This document shows, in pieces, positions 46,219 through 54,527 of a stretch of DNA of 64,000 bases (position 1 is its first letter; every line of letters starts with the position of its first letter). Source of the stretch: an uncultured Chlorobiaceae bacterium (GTDB lineage: Bacteria; Bacteroidota; Ignavibacteria; UBA10030; SZUA-254). The notes under the pieces are model-generated. The model saw nothing but the letters and a program-made list of their open reading frames with translations. It made no database searches and was not told the origin of the DNA. A program made the translations under genes and the position numbers. The stretch lies in NCBI GenBank assembly GCA_964596065.1, contig CAZQSM010000002.1, positions 10,361 to 74,360 of the forward strand, given 5' to 3'.

Positions 46219-49200
46219 GTGGCCGTCGTCCTCACCAGGAACCTGACCGGGAGCGCAGGAGACCCCGCGGCCGAAATCGCATCACGCCTGGCGTCGGGCC
46301 GGGGCGACTCGTTTTTCTACGTCGCCCCCACCCGCCGGAAGGTGCGCGAGCTCCAGCGCGAATTTCTCTCCCGATGCCCCTCGGCCGCCTCGGGTCCGTT
46401 CCACCTCTTCACCCTCGAGTCGCTCGCCGAGACGGTCCGCGGGCTGCTCCTGCCGCCGAAGCGTCTGCTGAGCTCACAGCTCCAGGCCGCGATCGTGCAG
46501 GAGGCGATCCGCACCCGCGCACCGGACCTCCGCTACTTCACCCTGCGGGGCCCCGCCCGGCGCCTTCCCCGCGGCACGCTCGCCCGCATCGCCAACGTCA
46601 TCAACCGCCTCAAGGAGTCGGGGGTCTACCTCTCCACGCTGATGCAGGAAATCGGCGAGGGGGACGAGAGCGAACAGCTCAAACTCCGGGACATCGCCGC
46701 CATCTACGAAACCTACGAAGCCCTCCTGGAGGACCGCTACATCGACCCCCCCGGCCTCTTCAAGGAGGCGAACCTCGCCTGGATCCGACCGGGTTCCGCC
46801 GGGGTGTTCAGGGCGCGATACCCGGGCGTGGACCTGCTGGCGGTGACCGGCTTCGACGAGTTTTCGGACCCCGAGCTCACGCTGCTCAACTACGTTTCCG
46901 ACGTGCCGGGCCTCGCGAGCGTCGTCACGTTCGATTACCACCCCGACAACGACAACCTCTTCGGGCACCTGAAGGAGAACTACGTCAAGTTCCTGGCGAT
47001 GGGGTTCAGGAAGGCGGACGCCCCGCCGGAACCCCTTCCCACGTTCCGCGCGCACATCGCCCGATCGCTCTTCTCGGGGGAGGAGGGGAGGATCGGGAAG
47101 TTCGACGCCGCCGCCACCGTCACCGTGTGCCAGGCCGCCGACCGGGCGCGCGAGGCGGAGCTGATCGCCAAAATCATCCGGACGAACATCGCCGACACAC
47201 CGGGGCTCGGACCCGGGGACATCTGCGTCTGCGCCCCGAGGCCGGAACTGTACGCGTCGCTCTTCCGCGAGGCGTTCGAGCAGGCGGGGATTCCCGCGAA
47301 CGTCACCGACCGGTTCCAGCTCGAGGAATCGATGGCCGTGAGCGGGATCGTCTCGATGCTGCTCATCGCCCAGAATAATTTCCGGCTCGAGGACATCCTC
47401 AGGGCCGGCACCAACCCGTTCCTGAAGGTGACCGCGGCCGGCGGAAACATCGGCGCGTCGAACCTCCTCCGGACGGCCTCCGGGCTCAGGACCCTCTCCG
47501 GGAGAAAACGGTGGTTCGAGAGGATCGGATCAAGGATCGGGTACCTGGAGCGGGCGGCCGCGGACGGGGGAACGGGCGGGGGGGCCGCCTCGCGCGAACG
47601 GGCGGAAATCGGGGCGCTCCGGCGCGCAGAGGAGGACCTGCTCGCCCTGGACCACTGCGTCGCCCCGTTTCGCGCCCCGATGACACCGGCGGAATTCCGC
47701 GACGCCGTCGTCCGGCTGACCGCCGGGCTGGGGGTGGCGGAAGGGATCGCCGGGGGGGCGGCCGCGGGGGTCGGCGACGCGGACGCGGAACGCGAAGCGA
47801 GGGCGCTCGCCGAATTCCTCCGCTTCCTCGACGACCTCCCGGAACTCCTCTCGCGTGAATCGTCCCCGGCGGCGAACCATCCGCTCTCCTGGTACCTTGA
47901 ACGCGTCCGCCCCCTGCTCTCCCAGGTCCGCTACAACGTCAGGCAGGGCTACGGCGAGGGGGTGCTCGTGACATCGATCGACGAGACGAGGGGGCTCACG
48001 TTCCGGGTGCTGATCCTCGCCGGTCTGGTGGACGGCGAATTCCCGGCGGTCTACGAACCGGAGGTCTTCCTCACGCCGAGGGGGCGGGAGAAACGCGAGC
48101 GGTATCATCTGCACGAACAGCGTTACCTGTTTTACCAGGCGTTGTCCGGCTTCCGGGACCGTCTCTACCTGACCAGGCCGATCAAGGAGGACGACATCGA
48201 CCTCAACCCCTCGGGGTTCCTCGAGTGGATCGAATCGGCCGCCACCGTTTCCCGCCAGGACCCGGTCGGGGGCGGAGCGTACGCCGGCGTGCTGGTCACG
48301 CCCGATGAAGTGCTCGCCAGGCGGATCGAGGAGGGGGTGGAGGCCGACGCCGATCCCGGGGACGACCTCCTGCTGCGCGTCCGGGCGGCGATCGCCACGG
48401 AGACCGCGAGGCGCCGCGACGCCGGGTCGGAGGCATTCCGGGGGTTGCTGCCGGAGGGGGAGCTCTCCCCGGCGGCCGCGTCGCGGCTGGCCGGATTCAG
48501 GCACGGGACATACTCCGCGACGCAGCTCGAGACGTACGGCGACTGCCCCTTCCGGTTTTTCGCGGGACGCGTACTCCGGCTCAGGGCGACGGAGGCGCCG
48601 GAGGAGGGGATCACGCCGAAGGAATTCGGGAGGATCCTCCACGAAATCCTCTACGAATTCTACAAGGACCGGCGCGACCGCGGACTGCCGCCGATCTCCG
48701 GCCTCGACGACGCGCAGTTTGCCGCCGCGCTCGACGGGCTCCGGACCATCGCCGTCCGGACAATCGACGGGACCGACGTCGACGACATCTTCTGGGAGAT
48801 CAGCCGGGAAACGGTGGTCGGAAGCCCCGGCCGGCCCGGGACGCTCGAGGCGATGCTCCATGCCGAGCGGCAGTCTGGCGTGACGGCGGTCCCCTCGTAT
48901 TTCGAGGTGCGCTTCGGCCGGGCGGGCGACGACCGGGTCCACTCGGACCCCCTGATGTCCAGCGACACCCCGGTGCCGGCGGGAGGGATTTTCCTGCAGG
49001 GGAAGATCGACCGCATCGACGTGGCCGGCGACGACTTCAGCGTCGTGGACTACAAGACGGGATCGGGAATCCCGTCGAAAAAGGATGTCGACGAGGGCGC
49101 CAGCCTCCAGCTTCCGCTCTACCTCCATTGCGCGGAAGCGGTGCTCTCGGAACGGACCGGCAGGCGGATGACCGGCGGCGCGGGTCTCTACTATCACCTC

Positions 49201-49521
49201 CGGCCCGATTTCAAGGCGGTGCCGAGGATCGGCAACGCCGGGATGAAGGGGACGCTGCTCGATCCCGGCGGGCGGACCAGGCTGGCGGGGGACGCCGGGG
49301 CGCTGCACGAGCAGGTCCGCGGGGCGGTGGCCCGGGCGGACGACTACGCCGGACGGATCTCGCTCGGCCGGTTCCCGGTCGAGCCGAGGGACCCGGCCAC
49401 GGTCTGCCGGAACTGCGATTTCAGGAGGATGTGCCGGATCAGGACGCGGATGGCGCCCGGACCCGCCCGGGAGGGAGACGCGGGCCGGGACGAAACGGAA
49501 CACCAACTTCAGGACGGATGA
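46219..49521 (+). CDS. AddB/RexB-like PD-(D/E)XK nuclease-family protein with inactivated helicase-like N-terminal region and Fe-S-type Cys cluster
   Basis: 1100 aa. The C-terminal nuclease core is GKIDRIDVAGDDFSVVDYKTGSG (D..D/EYK of RecB-type nucleases) followed by CRNCDFRRMCRI. The N-terminus is degenerate: Walker A is missing (FFYVAPTRRKV). No adjacent AddA/UvrD-type partner in the window. Confidence 0.7.
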   Translation: MAVVLTRNLTGSAGDPAAEIASRLASGRGDSFFYVAPTRRKVRELQREFLSRCPSAASGPFHLFTLESLAETVRGLLLPPKRLLSSQLQAAIVQEAIRTRAPDLRYFTLRGPARRLPRGTLARIANVINRLKESGVYLSTLMQEIGEGDESEQLKLRDIAAIYETYEALLEDRYIDPPGLFKEANLAWIRPGSAGVFRARYPGVDLLAVTGFDEFSDPELTLLNYVSDVPGLASVVTFDYHPDNDNLFGHLKENYVKFLAMGFRKADAPPEPLPTFRAHIARSLFSGEEGRIGKFDAAATVTVCQAADRAREAELIAKIIRTNIADTPGLGPGDICVCAPRPELYASLFREAFEQAGIPANVTDRFQLEESMAVSGIVSMLLIAQNNFRLEDILRAGTNPFLKVTAAGGNIGASNLLRTASGLRTLSGRKRWFERIGSRIGYLERAAADGGTGGGAASRERAEIGALRRAEEDLLALDHCVAPFRAPMTPAEFRDAVVRLTAGLGVAEGIAGGAAAGVGDADAEREARALAEFLRFLDDLPELLSRESSPAANHPLSWYLERVRPLLSQVRYNVRQGYGEGVLVTSIDETRGLTFRVLILAGLVDGEFPAVYEPEVFLTPRGREKRERYHLHEQRYLFYQALSGFRDRLYLTRPIKEDDIDLNPSGFLEWIESAATVSRQDPVGGGAYAGVLVTPDEVLARRIEEGVEADADPGDDLLLRVRAAIATETARRRDAGSEAFRGLLPEGELSPAAASRLAGFRHGTYSATQLETYGDCPFRFFAGRVLRLRATEAPEEGITPKEFGRILHEILYEFYKDRRDRGLPPISGLDDAQFAAALDGLRTIAVRTIDGTDVDDIFWEISRETVVGSPGRPGTLEAMLHAERQSGVTAVPSYFEVRFGRAGDDRVHSDPLMSSDTPVPAGGIFLQGKIDRIDVAGDDFSVVDYKTGSGIPSKKDVDEGASLQLPLYLHCAEAVLSERTGRRMTGGAGLYYHLRPDFKAVPRIGNAGMKGTLLDPGGRTRLAGDAGALHEQVRGAVARADDYAGRISLGRFPVEPRDPATVCRNCDFRRMCRIRTRMAPGPAREGDAGRDETEHQLQDG

Positions 49522-49525
49522 CAAC

Positions 49526-50620
49526 ATGAGCGTCAAACTGCAGCGGATCGGCATCCTCACCGGCGGCGGAGACTGCCCCGGACTCAACGCGGTGATCAGG
49601 GGGATCAGCAAACCCGCGATGAAATTCTATCACTCGACGGTGATCGGGATCCAGGACGGTTTCGAGGGGCTGGTGGAGGGGTCGATGAAGGAGCTCTCCT
49701 GGCTCGACGTCTCCGGGATCATCTCCCTCGGAGGCACGATCCTCGGCACGTCGAACAAGGGCGACCCCTTCCGGTACCCGACGGTGAAGGAAGGCGCCGA
49801 AACTGTCGCAGACTGCTCGGAGCGGGCGATGGAACACTACCGGAAGTGGAACCTCGACGTCCTCTTCGCCATCGGCGGCGACGGGACGATGCACATCGCG
49901 AACAGGTTTTCGGCGATGGGGATGAACGTGATCGGGATCCCCAAGACGATCGACAACGACCTCGACGGCACCGACGTGACCTTCGGGTACGACACCGCGC
50001 TCCAGATCTCGATGGAGGCGATCGACCGCCTCCACACGACCGCGTCGTCCCACCACCGGGTGATGGTCGTGGAAGTCATGGGCCGCTACGCGGGCTGGAT
50101 CGCGCTCGGCTCGGGCCTGGCCGCGGGGGCCGACATCATCCTGATCCCGGAAATTCCCTTCCGGTGGGAAAGCATCTACCGGAGGGTCCTGGAACGGAGC
50201 CTGGGCGCCCGGTTCAGCATCGTCACGGTCGCCGAGGGCGCGATGCCCGAGGACGGGGAACCGGTGGTGAAGGAACACGACCCGAAACGGACCGACCCGG
50301 TCAGGCTCGGCGGCATCGGGGACCTGGTGGCCGCGCGAATCACCGGGCAGACCGGCCTCGAAACGAGGGTCACGGTCCTCGGGCACCTCCAGCGCGGCGG
50401 CAGTCCGACGGCGTACGACAGGGTGCTCGCGTCGAAGTTCGGCGTCATGGCGCTCGAGGCGGCCTCGCGCGGGGAATTCGGGAGGATGGTCAGCCTGCGG
50501 GGAACGGAAGTCGTCACGGTAAAGCTCCTGGATGCCATCGGGAAGCGGAAGGTGGTCGAACCCGGGTCGCAGATCGTGACCGCCGCGCGGGGGACGGGCA
50601 TCGTCTTCGGGGATAGTTGA
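49526..50620 (+). CDS. pfkA: 6-phosphofructokinase
   Basis: GILTGGGDCPGLNAVIRG, GGDGT, PKTIDNDL, MGRYAG are signature PFK motifs. Confidence 0.85.
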   Translation: MSVKLQRIGILTGGGDCPGLNAVIRGISKPAMKFYHSTVIGIQDGFEGLVEGSMKELSWLDVSGIISLGGTILGTSNKGDPFRYPTVKEGAETVADCSERAMEHYRKWNLDVLFAIGGDGTMHIANRFSAMGMNVIGIPKTIDNDLDGTDVTFGYDTALQISMEAIDRLHTTASSHHRVMVVEVMGRYAGWIALGSGLAAGADIILIPEIPFRWESIYRRVLERSLGARFSIVTVAEGAMPEDGEPVVKEHDPKRTDPVRLGGIGDLVAARITGQTGLETRVTVLGHLQRGGSPTAYDRVLASKFGVMALEAASRGEFGRMVSLRGTEVVTVKLLDAIGKRKVVEPGSQIVTAARGTGIVFGDS

Positions 50621-51228
50621 CGCCGCTTCCGACCGCGCTGCTCCTGAGGGCCTACTCGGAAGGGTTCTTCCCGATGGCCGATCCGCTGGACGGGCGGATC
50701 GGGTGGTATTCGCCCGATCCCAGGGCGATTATTCCGCTCGACGCGTTCCGTATTTCACGGAGTCTGCGAAGGGCCGTGGAGCGGAAGGTCTTCGCGGTCA
50801 CGACCGACCTCGATTTCCCCGCGGTGATCACGCGCTGCGCCGGCCGCCCCGAGACCTGGATCTCGCGTGACATCGAGGCGGCCTACACAACGCTGTGGCG
50901 GGAGGGCCACGCACACAGCGTGGAATGCCGTTCCGGCGGGGAACTCGCGGGCGGCCTCTACGGCGTCTCCCTCGGAGGGGCCTTTTTCGGGGAATCGATG
51001 TTCAGCCTGCGTCCCGACGCCTCCAAGGTCGCCCTGGTCCATCTCGTAAGGATGCTCCGCGAGGGGGGATTCACCCTCCTCGACGTCCAGTACCCCACCC
51101 CCCACCTGGAGCGTTTCGGGGCGGTCGAAATACCGCGGACCCGTTATCTCGCGCTCCTGGCCGATTCCCTTCAAAAAACCGCGAAATTTCAATCCCCCGG
51201 CATCATCCCCGGGGATCCCGATGGTTGA
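50617..51228 (+). CDS. aat: leucyl/phenylalanyl-tRNA--protein transferase
   Basis: LLRAYSEGFFPM...WYSPDPRAIIPLD...ISRSLRR and GGLYGVSLGGAFFGESMF align with Aat. Probable TTG start overlapping the pfkA stop; the alternative ATG is at 50674. Confidence 0.7.
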   Translation: MTPLPTALLLRAYSEGFFPMADPLDGRIGWYSPDPRAIIPLDAFRISRSLRRAVERKVFAVTTDLDFPAVITRCAGRPETWISRDIEAAYTTLWREGHAHSVECRSGGELAGGLYGVSLGGAFFGESMFSLRPDASKVALVHLVRMLREGGFTLLDVQYPTPHLERFGAVEIPRTRYLALLADSLQKTAKFQSPGIIPGDPDG

Positions 51229-51284
51229 CACTCTGGATATTAATCGGTAATTTGCCACATTCCCGTACGATTATTCCATCGGAA

Positions 51285-51635
51285 ATGATCATCGAAGAAA
51301 CCAGTGTCGGTGGCGTCGACGTGTTTCGGCTCAAGGGTGATTTCATCAGCGAACCCGACCAGACGAAATTCCAGCAGAAGGTCAGAGACCTCGTCCACGG
51401 GGGAGTCACCAGGCTGGTCGTGGACCTGCACGACGTCCATTACATCAACAGTTGCGGTATCGGTTCCCTCGTCGGGGCCCTGACGACCCTCCGCCGATCG
51501 GGCGGCGACATCCACCTCGCCGAAACCACGCGCGAGGTCAGGAGCGTCTTCGAAACCGCCCAGCTCGAACTGATATTTCATTTTCATTCCACCGTCCAGG
51601 ACGCCATCGGCGCCATCGGTCGGAAGACCCTTTAA
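51285..51635 (+). CDS. STAS-domain anti-sigma-factor antagonist (SpoIIAA/RsbV-like)
   Basis: 116 aa; LVVDLHDVHYINSCGIGSLVGA with the phosphorylatable Ser in the NSCG context typical of anti-anti-sigma factors. ATG at codon 131 of ORF 50895..; TTGACA hexamer about 55 nt upstream. Confidence 0.65.
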   Translation: MIIEETSVGGVDVFRLKGDFISEPDQTKFQQKVRDLVHGGVTRLVVDLHDVHYINSCGIGSLVGALTTLRRSGGDIHLAETTREVRSVFETAQLELIFHFHSTVQDAIGAIGRKTL

Positions 51636-51733
51636 CCAGCCACCGGGGGAGAACCACCCGCGGTCCATCATCGGTCCATTGTCCCCGGACGGGTCCGGGG
51701 GCCGGCCATTTCGTTCCCGCATCGAGCATCGGC

Positions 51734-52138
51734 ATGGAGAAAAAGTTCAGCAAGGATTTCGGTTCCCTCGACCGGATCGACGCGTTCGTCAGGTCGTTCG
51801 CGGCCGGACGCGGCCTCGACGAGGGCACCGTGTTCACGCTCAATTTCGTAATCGAGGAGATCTTCACCAACATGGTCAAGTACCAGCCCACCGCCGCGAA
51901 TGACGTCCTGATCGGACTCTCGATCGACGGCGGTTCGGTTACCGTCAAGATGGTCGACTACGGGGTGCGATACTTCGACCCGACGTCCGCTCCCCCGGTC
52001 GACACCGGGAAACCGCTCTCGGAGAGGCGCCCGGGCGGCCTCGGCGTCCACCTGGTGAAGCAGTACATGGACGACTTCAATTACGAGTATGTGGGTTCCG
52101 ACAGCATCATCACACTGACAAAAAAACTGAAGGTTTAG
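51734..52138 (+). CDS. anti-sigma regulatory factor, RsbW/SpoIIAB-like serine kinase (HATPase_c_2)
   Basis: 134 aa; NFVIEEIFTNMVKY (N-box) and GGLGVHLVKQYMDDFNY (G-box) of GHKL ATPases of the RsbW type. Confidence 0.6.
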   Translation: MEKKFSKDFGSLDRIDAFVRSFAAGRGLDEGTVFTLNFVIEEIFTNMVKYQPTAANDVLIGLSIDGGSVTVKMVDYGVRYFDPTSAPPVDTGKPLSERRPGGLGVHLVKQYMDDFNYEYVGSDSIITLTKKLKV

Positions 52139-52139
52139 C

Positions 52140-52424
52140 ATGTTCGACGCGACAATACCGGGGGAGGGACGGATCCTGCTCTCCGGACGATTTGATGCGG
52201 CCCAGGTCGAGAAGGCGAGGGCCGTCTTCGACCTGGTGAACGTCCATACGGTGGTGGATTTCGCCCAACTCGATTATATCTCGAGCGCCGGACTCGGGAT
52301 ACTCCTGATGACCCAACGGCGCCTGAAGGAGTCGGGGACCGGCCTGAAGCTGATCAACATGAACAAGCATATCAGGGACGTCTTCCAGTACGCGGGTTTC
52401 GACAAGATTTTTGAAATCGCTTGA
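52140..52424 (+). CDS. second STAS-domain anti-sigma-factor antagonist
   Basis: 94 aa; VDFAQLDYISSAGLGILL with the conserved Ser in the DxISSAG context. Starts 1 nt after the kinase stop. Confidence 0.6.
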   Translation: MFDATIPGEGRILLSGRFDAAQVEKARAVFDLVNVHTVVDFAQLDYISSAGLGILLMTQRRLKESGTGLKLINMNKHIRDVFQYAGFDKIFEIA

Positions 52425-52521
52425 AAAAAGTCCGTTATCCGGCCCGTTTTGGCATGTTTAAGCGCCCGGGAGGATGTTTCGGCGGAGATCCCAACTTTTT
52501 CCCTGATCGCCTGTACTTCCA

Positions 52522-53055
52522 ATGACCGAAGACCAGACACTGGTCCGGCGATACCTCGGCGGAGAGCGCGGGGCCTTCGAACCCCTGGTGGACCGGTACC
52601 AGAAGACGATCTACAATGTCGCGCTCCGGATGGCCCGCGATCCGGACGACGCCGCGGACATCACGCAAAACGTCTTCATCAAGGCGTCGGAAAAACTGGG
52701 GAGTTACGATCCGAAGTACAAGTTTTTCAGCTGGATCTACAGGATCGCGGTCAACGAGTCGCTGAATTTCGTCGGGTCGAAGCGGAGGAACGACGAATTG
52801 CCGGAGGACCTGGTCTCCGGCGAGGGCAATCCGGAAGAGATGCTCCAGGCGGGGATGCTTTCACACTCGGTCGAGGAAGGGCTCGCGAAACTGACCGACG
52901 ACAACCGGATCGTGATCATCCTCCGCCACTTCGAAGAGCTGTCGTACGACGAGATCGGCTTCATCCTCGACCTGCCCGTGAAAACGGTCAAATCGCGGCT
53001 CTTCACGGCGAGGCAATCACTGAAAAAAATTTTATTACAGAAATTCGAACAATGA
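52522..53055 (+). CDS. RNA polymerase sigma-70 factor, ECF subfamily
   Basis: Region 2 (YQKTIYNVALRMARDPDDAADITQNVFIKA) and region 4 HTH (LSYDEIGFILDLPVKTVKSRL). Confidence 0.85.
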   Translation: MTEDQTLVRRYLGGERGAFEPLVDRYQKTIYNVALRMARDPDDAADITQNVFIKASEKLGSYDPKYKFFSWIYRIAVNESLNFVGSKRRNDELPEDLVSGEGNPEEMLQAGMLSHSVEEGLAKLTDDNRIVIILRHFEELSYDEIGFILDLPVKTVKSRLFTARQSLKKILLQKFEQ

Positions 53056-54434
53056 AACCAACGGATTATCGGGAACTGGTCTACCGGGAACTCGACGGGG
53101 ACCTCACGCCGGAGGAGTCGGCGAAGCTCGGGGAGATGCTCGCCTCCGATCCGGAAGCGCGCATGTTCCACGACGAATGCCGCTCGATGTTCGCGATGCT
53201 GCGGGAAATCCCCAGGCGGGAGCCGTCGTCCCAGTTGAAGAAGAAGATCCTCAACAGCATTAAACCGCCGGCGCCCACTCGCCGGCATTCCATCATTCAC
53301 ACAATCACATCAACATTCACTTTTTCACAATATCAGGAGGTCGGTATGAAAAACAAGCTCATCATCGGCGGAGCGCTGGCCGCGGTCGCGGTCCTCTACT
53401 TCGCGGTTCTGTATCCCTGGCCGTCGGAATCCGAACTGTTCGGGACCATCGGCGGGGCCAAGAAATACCGTTCCGAGCAGATCGCCGACAAGGACGTCGT
53501 CCTGGAAGGGCAGGAAAACTCGACAGACGGTTCTTCGGGCGGATCGGCAAACGACGGCGGCCTCGGCCGCTCGGCGGAAGTCTTCCGCAGCGCGGACGTG
53601 CAGAAGCTCGCGGAGATCGCCCGCACCGCCGACGTGCAGAAGCTCGCGGAGATCGCCCGCACCGCCGACGTTCAAAAGCTGGCGGCGATCGCCCGCACGG
53701 CGGACTACTACCGCACGGCCGACGTCCAGAAGCTCGCGGAGATCGCGCGCACGGCCGACGTCCGGAAGTTCGCGGAGATCGCGCGCACGGCCGACGTCCA
53801 GAAACTCGCGGAGATCGCGCGCACGGCTGACGTCCAGAAGCTCGCGGATATCGCCCGCACGGCGGATTTCTACCGTACCGCGGACGTCCAGAAACTCGCG
53901 GCCATTGCCCGCACGGCTGATGTCCAGAAGCTGGCGGAGATCTCCCGCACCGCCGATGTCCAGAAAATGGCGGACATCGCGCGCACGGCCGACGTGCAGA
54001 AGCTTGCCGAGATCGCCCGCACGGCCGACGTGCAGAAGCTGGCCGAGATCGCCCGGACCGCGGACTTCTATCGCACGGCCGACGTGCAGAAGGTTGCCGA
54101 CATCGCCCGCACGGCGGATGTCCAGCGCATGGCGGACGTCGCCCGCACGGCGGATGTCCAGCGGATGACGGCCATCGCCCGCACGGCCGACGTGCAGAGG
54201 CTCGCCGACATCGCCCGCACCGCCGAGGTCTACCGCACGGCCGACGTGCAGAAGCTGGCGGAGATCGCGCGCACGGCGGATGTCCAGCGCATGGCGGACA
54301 TCGCCCGTACGGCGGACGTCCAGCGGATGACGGCCATTGCCCGCACGGCGGACCTTCAGAAGCTCGCGGAAATCGCGCGTACGACCGACATCCAGAAGAT
54401 GGCGGATATCGCCCGCTCCGCTTCCCACGAATAA
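53052..54434 (+). CDS. single-pass anti-sigma factor with tandem-repeat extracytoplasmic domain
   Basis: ATG overlaps the sigma-gene stop (ATGA). N-terminal 98 aa resemble an anti-sigma N-terminal domain (YRELDGDLTPEESAKL..FHDEC, degenerate zf-HC2). TM helix at residues 100-121. Residues 181-456 are 21 copies of ARTADVQKLAEI plus 4 AD(Y/F)YRT hexamers. Confidence 0.65.
   Translation: MKPTDYRELVYRELDGDLTPEESAKLGEMLASDPEARMFHDECRSMFAMLREIPRREPSSQLKKKILNSIKPPAPTRRHSIIHTITSTFTFSQYQEVGMKNKLIIGGALAAVAVLYFAVLYPWPSESELFGTIGGAKKYRSEQIADKDVVLEGQENSTDGSSGGSANDGGLGRSAEVFRSADVQKLAEIARTADVQKLAEIARTADVQKLAAIARTADYYRTADVQKLAEIARTADVRKFAEIARTADVQKLAEIARTADVQKLADIARTADFYRTADVQKLAAIARTADVQKLAEISRTADVQKMADIARTADVQKLAEIARTADVQKLAEIARTADFYRTADVQKVADIARTADVQRMADVARTADVQRMTAIARTADVQRLADIARTAEVYRTADVQKLAEIARTADVQRMADIARTADVQRMTAIARTADLQKLAEIARTTDIQKMADIARSASHE
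53592..54419 (+). repeat. in-frame 36-bp tandem repeat array (21 units) with four 18-bp punctuation units, coding ARTADVQKLAEI
   Basis: The period-36 repetition is directly visible in the sequence (gcccgcacggccgacgtgcagaagctcgcggagatc, etc.). Units differ mainly at synonymous third positions. Mirror ORFs on the minus strand are artefacts of the repeat. Confidence 0.9.
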
Positions 54435-54461
54435 CAGACGGCATCCCGACCGACGGTCGGA

Positions 54462-54492
54462 GGGGGGACGCCCGGCGTCCCCCCTTTTTTTT
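54462..54492 (+). terminator. rho-independent terminator downstream of the anti-sigma gene
   Basis: GGGGGGACG-cccgg-CGTCCCCCC stem-loop (9-10 bp G/C stem) immediately followed by T8. Lies 28 nt after the stop codon and only about 35 nt before the next ATG. Confidence 0.75.
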
Positions 54493-54527
54493 GCCCCCCT
54501 TTGGCATTTTTTTTAATATATTCACGA

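Noticed and set aside
51226-51260. TTGACA hexamer about 55 nt upstream of the first STAS gene as a sigma-70 -35 element.
   Set aside because: No convincing -10 at proper spacing, and the promoter consensus of this lineage is unknown. Mentioned only as a weak candidate.
53592-54419. Periodic 36-bp array considered as a possible CRISPR locus.
   Set aside because: The units are contiguous with no unique spacers and are in frame, coding a conserved peptide. No cas genes are nearby.
53325-54525. Two long minus-strand ORFs (367 and 387 aa) full of RAGD/RCG repeats.
   Set aside because: They are mirror-frame artefacts of the 36-bp tandem repeat inside the + strand anti-sigma gene. The + frame has an RBS-coupled start, a TM helix and a clean terminator.
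54501-54527. TTG start giving MAFFLIYSR upstream of the signal peptide of the 994-aa protein.
   Set aside because: The TTG lies inside the terminator T-tract region. ATG 54528 gives a canonical signal peptide.
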